Assembly (NCBI GenBank): GCA_041640595.1
Contig: JBEPZY010000001.1
Coordinates: forward strand, 544,001-608,000
Direction: 5' to 3'
DNA from: Gemmatales bacterium
GTDB lineage: Bacteria; Planctomycetota; Planctomycetia; Gemmatales; HRBIN36
DNA: 64,000 bases
The position numbers were made by a program, and so were the translations under genes. Shown one piece after another: positions 61,615 through 64,000 of this stretch. The notes beneath the pieces were generated by a model. The model did not search any database. It was not told the origin of the DNA and saw nothing but the letters and a program-made list of their open reading frames with translations. Within the stretch, counting starts at the first letter, position 1. Each line of letters begins with the position of its first letter.

Positions 61615-63540
61615 TCATTCACTTTTTCCGTTTTGCGGATTAATTTGCAGCACCAACACAACATCACTGGGGTCTTCGCATTGCCCGCGGAGCGCCCGTA
61701 ACGGTACCACATACTGGCCGGACTTTACATGGCCAGGAACAGCGACTGATAAATCGTGCCGGGTCGCTTTCGCGGAGCTGAACGTTATGCTTTCGCGTGT
61801 TGGCTCCTCTGACCATGGCCAGTAGCACTCCACGGTCAATGTTTCGGTTCTTGACGATGGATTCTCCACTTGCAGCTGGCAGCGGATTTGTTGACCCGCG
61901 TGGCAACTTATCACGAATGGGACTACGGCAACCCGATGCGGATTCCAGTCCCGCCTGTGGTCACCGCTGATGCATAAATCGTCGGCTGCCGCTATCGCCG
62001 CCTCAGCCCAGCGTACACGTCGGCGGAAGTCTTCGAGGTTAAACTCCATAGCGCTACCGTGCTCAGCTAAAATCCAATCCGGGGCTATGTTCAACACCAG
62101 CCGGGCACTTTCCAGGTACCCGCCGGGCAGTCCCCTGTTCAAACCCATCCATCCACCGCTTCCGCTGTACTGGTCATGGTGAAACCAATTGTCACCGGTA
62201 AACAGACACCGTTTCTGGTCAATGGTTACTTCTACTCCCATGGTGAAATAGGTTTGGCCCGGCAGATGGTGGAAACGAAAAGAATACTCTCGCCAATGCA
62301 GGGTGTCTCCCGGCTTGGGTGTGTGCGTGATTCGCAGTGGTCGAGCATCTAGAAACGGATGCCGTAACCGAAGCGGCTGCTGCAACGGCTCAGCTACCAC
62401 GTCCAGCGTCCAGACCTGACAGTGGCGGTATTCCGGCAACTCGTACAGCCCGTCGTAATGGTCGTAATGTGCGTGCGAAATCATTACTACTTCTACCGCC
62501 CCTAGCTTTTTCTCGCGCTGCAACTTGGCAATTTGCTCCGCACTTCGTTTACCCCAGGGATCCACAACCAGGATACCACCTTGCTTGGAGACTAAAACAT
62601 ACGTGTTTCCAGTGAGATATAAATGAGGCGATAGTTGCGACCAGGGTTTTTCTCCAGCAGTCGCTGACTGTTCCGGGGCTAAAAAACGATAAGAGGGCGG
62701 ATTACCTAGAACGTGCTTAGTGTAAAACTCGAAGCTTTTCAACCGGGCCGCTTTTTCAACTCGTTGCGCTGTTAGTTCCAAAGCCTCAACTGGGGCATCT
62801 AATATCGGTTGTCCACGGGCGGGCAGTAACGCTTTAGGTTTTTGCGATGCCAGCAGTCTCAAAGATTCTGCCAATTTCTTCAGACCTGCATCGGTCCAGT
62901 GATCCCAGTCTGTCGTGTAAGGCGTCCAAATTTTCCCAGGGCCGGCAAGGCAATCTCCACAAAAAGCAATGACAGAGTTTTCCTCTAGACGTCTGGCCAA
63001 ATAGCAAGTGTGGTCCGGGGTATGTCCGGGAGTTGCCAGCACTTGAATTTCCCAGTTGCGCCAAGGAATTTTCTGACCATTTTCCAAGCTAAGGTCTAAG
63101 CGTTCTACCCCTTTAGGCAATACCAGGTAAGCGGTGCGAGAAGTTCTTAGTGGAATAGCCTGCTTCCAATAATTTTCGACGCCCTCAGGAGTAAGCCAGG
63201 GTGCGGATGCCTTGGGGCCTCTAATATGGACGCCCTTCTTTATCAGGTTGTTCACTTGCCAGCAAGTGTCGCGATGATGATGCGTAAGCAGGACAAAGTC
63301 AATCTGCCTCACGCCGTGTTTCGTCAAGTCTTCTATATTTGCTCCCAAAGGCGCATCAATCAAGATCGCATGTCCCTGGTCAACAAGCATATAGCCTGCT
63401 GGTTCTCCCTGACAGCGATAAACAGCAGGCAACACTTCCCGCCAGCTGGTTGTTTCGCCACTACTTAGGAAAACAGAAGCCCAGTAGCTTGATAACAATG
63501 CACCCAGCGATGGCAATAAAAATAATAGTTTTCTCAGCAT
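61615..63540 (-). CDS. Secreted tandem metallo-beta-lactamase-fold hydrolase
   Basis: Domain 1 THHHRDT, PGHTPDH, FCGD; domain 2 SHAHYDH, PGQT, FTGD; beta-rich C-terminal domain; N-terminal hydrophobic segment. Confidence 0.85.
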   Translation of the reverse strand: MLRKLLFLLPSLGALLSSYWASVFLSSGETTSWREVLPAVYRCQGEPAGYMLVDQGHAILIDAPLGANIEDLTKHGVRQIDFVLLTHHHRDTCWQVNNLIKKGVHIRGPKASAPWLTPEGVENYWKQAIPLRTSRTAYLVLPKGVERLDLSLENGQKIPWRNWEIQVLATPGHTPDHTCYLARRLEENSVIAFCGDCLAGPGKIWTPYTTDWDHWTDAGLKKLAESLRLLASQKPKALLPARGQPILDAPVEALELTAQRVEKAARLKSFEFYTKHVLGNPPSYRFLAPEQSATAGEKPWSQLSPHLYLTGNTYVLVSKQGGILVVDPWGKRSAEQIAKLQREKKLGAVEVVMISHAHYDHYDGLYELPEYRHCQVWTLDVVAEPLQQPLRLRHPFLDARPLRITHTPKPGDTLHWREYSFRFHHLPGQTYFTMGVEVTIDQKRCLFTGDNWFHHDQYSGSGGWMGLNRGLPGGYLESARLVLNIAPDWILAEHGSAMEFNLEDFRRRVRWAEAAIAAADDLCISGDHRRDWNPHRVAVVPFVISCHAGQQIRCQLQVENPSSRTETLTVECYWPWSEEPTRESITFSSAKATRHDLSVAVPGHVKSGQYVVPLRALRGQCEDPSDVVLVLQINPQNGKSE

Positions 63541-63639
63541 GATGGTCTCCGCAGTAAGTGTAATTTAACGCCGGTCGCTAAATAGCCTGGTTCTTACTGG
63601 GAATAATTTTCAATACAAGTGGTAATCGGACAAATAGCC

Positions 63640-64000
63640 TTATTCGCCTACCACATCAGCAAATTCAATTTTCGGCCTCTTAGGGAGCAGGTTCTTCTCG
63701 TAAGCCTCACGCAGTAAATGTTGCACCGCCATACGCTCTTTGGGACCAGCGACCAGTGTATGGTCGTTGACATACATCTTGACAAATCGGCGGGTATCCT
63801 CTCGGTTCAGGCCCCGAGCAAACTGCAGTGCGTAGTCTAGAGCTTCATCCTCATGACTGAGAGCGTAGCGAATACTTTGCTCGAGAAGCCGGCAAACGAT
63901 CGCAATTGTGTCGCGTCCTAAATCCCGCCGAATTACGTTCGCACCAAGTGGCAGCGGTAAACCGGTGTGTTCTTGCCACCACTTTCCCAGGTCAACCACC
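63640..64000 (-). CDS. mqnD: 1,4-dihydroxy-6-naphthoate synthase MqnD (5' part outside the window)
   Basis: DLGKWW...TGLPLPLG.NVIRRDLG, YALQFARGL and FVKMYVN.HT motifs of the MqnA/MqnD family. Confidence 0.85.
   Translation of the reverse strand, partial: VVDLGKWWQEHTGLPLPLGANVIRRDLGRDTIAIVCRLLEQSIRYALSHEDEALDYALQFARGLNREDTRRFVKMYVNDHTLVAGPKERMAVQHLLREAYEKNLLPKRPKIEFADVVGE

Overview
Bacterial chromosomal window, inferred to be from a Planctomycetota (Gemmatales-like) genome. The inference rests on planctomycete-style Ser/Thr kinases, a kinase-tubulin-like fusion, a FlgI/HEAT lipoprotein beside smc, Tat-exported Gfo/Idh/MocA proteins and futalosine-pathway mqnD. It is gene-dense and mostly housekeeping: smc (partial, absent from the ORF track), tRNA-His, tRNA-Pro, an nfeD-nfeD-floA membrane microdomain cluster, addBA, a DoxX + oxidoreductase pair, pstB-phoU-phoB with a Pho-box-like triple repeat, rsmD-cca, a small chelatase, a heavy-metal RND pump with a doubled adaptor, abgT, mfd-PPIase, an acyl-CoA dehydrogenase, a class II cytochrome c, a tandem MBL hydrolase and mqnD (partial). 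I found no integrase, transposase, phage gene, CRISPR array or rRNA. The most unusual items are a Ser/Thr kinase fused to an FtsZ/tubulin-like GTPase domain, a kinase-receiver-HD-GYP triple fusion, an ASCH gene whose frame runs antisense through the whole tRNA-Pro gene, and a doubled, apparently non-catalytic NfeD. All calls come from motif recognition by eye; no searches were run, and none of the findings is proven novel.
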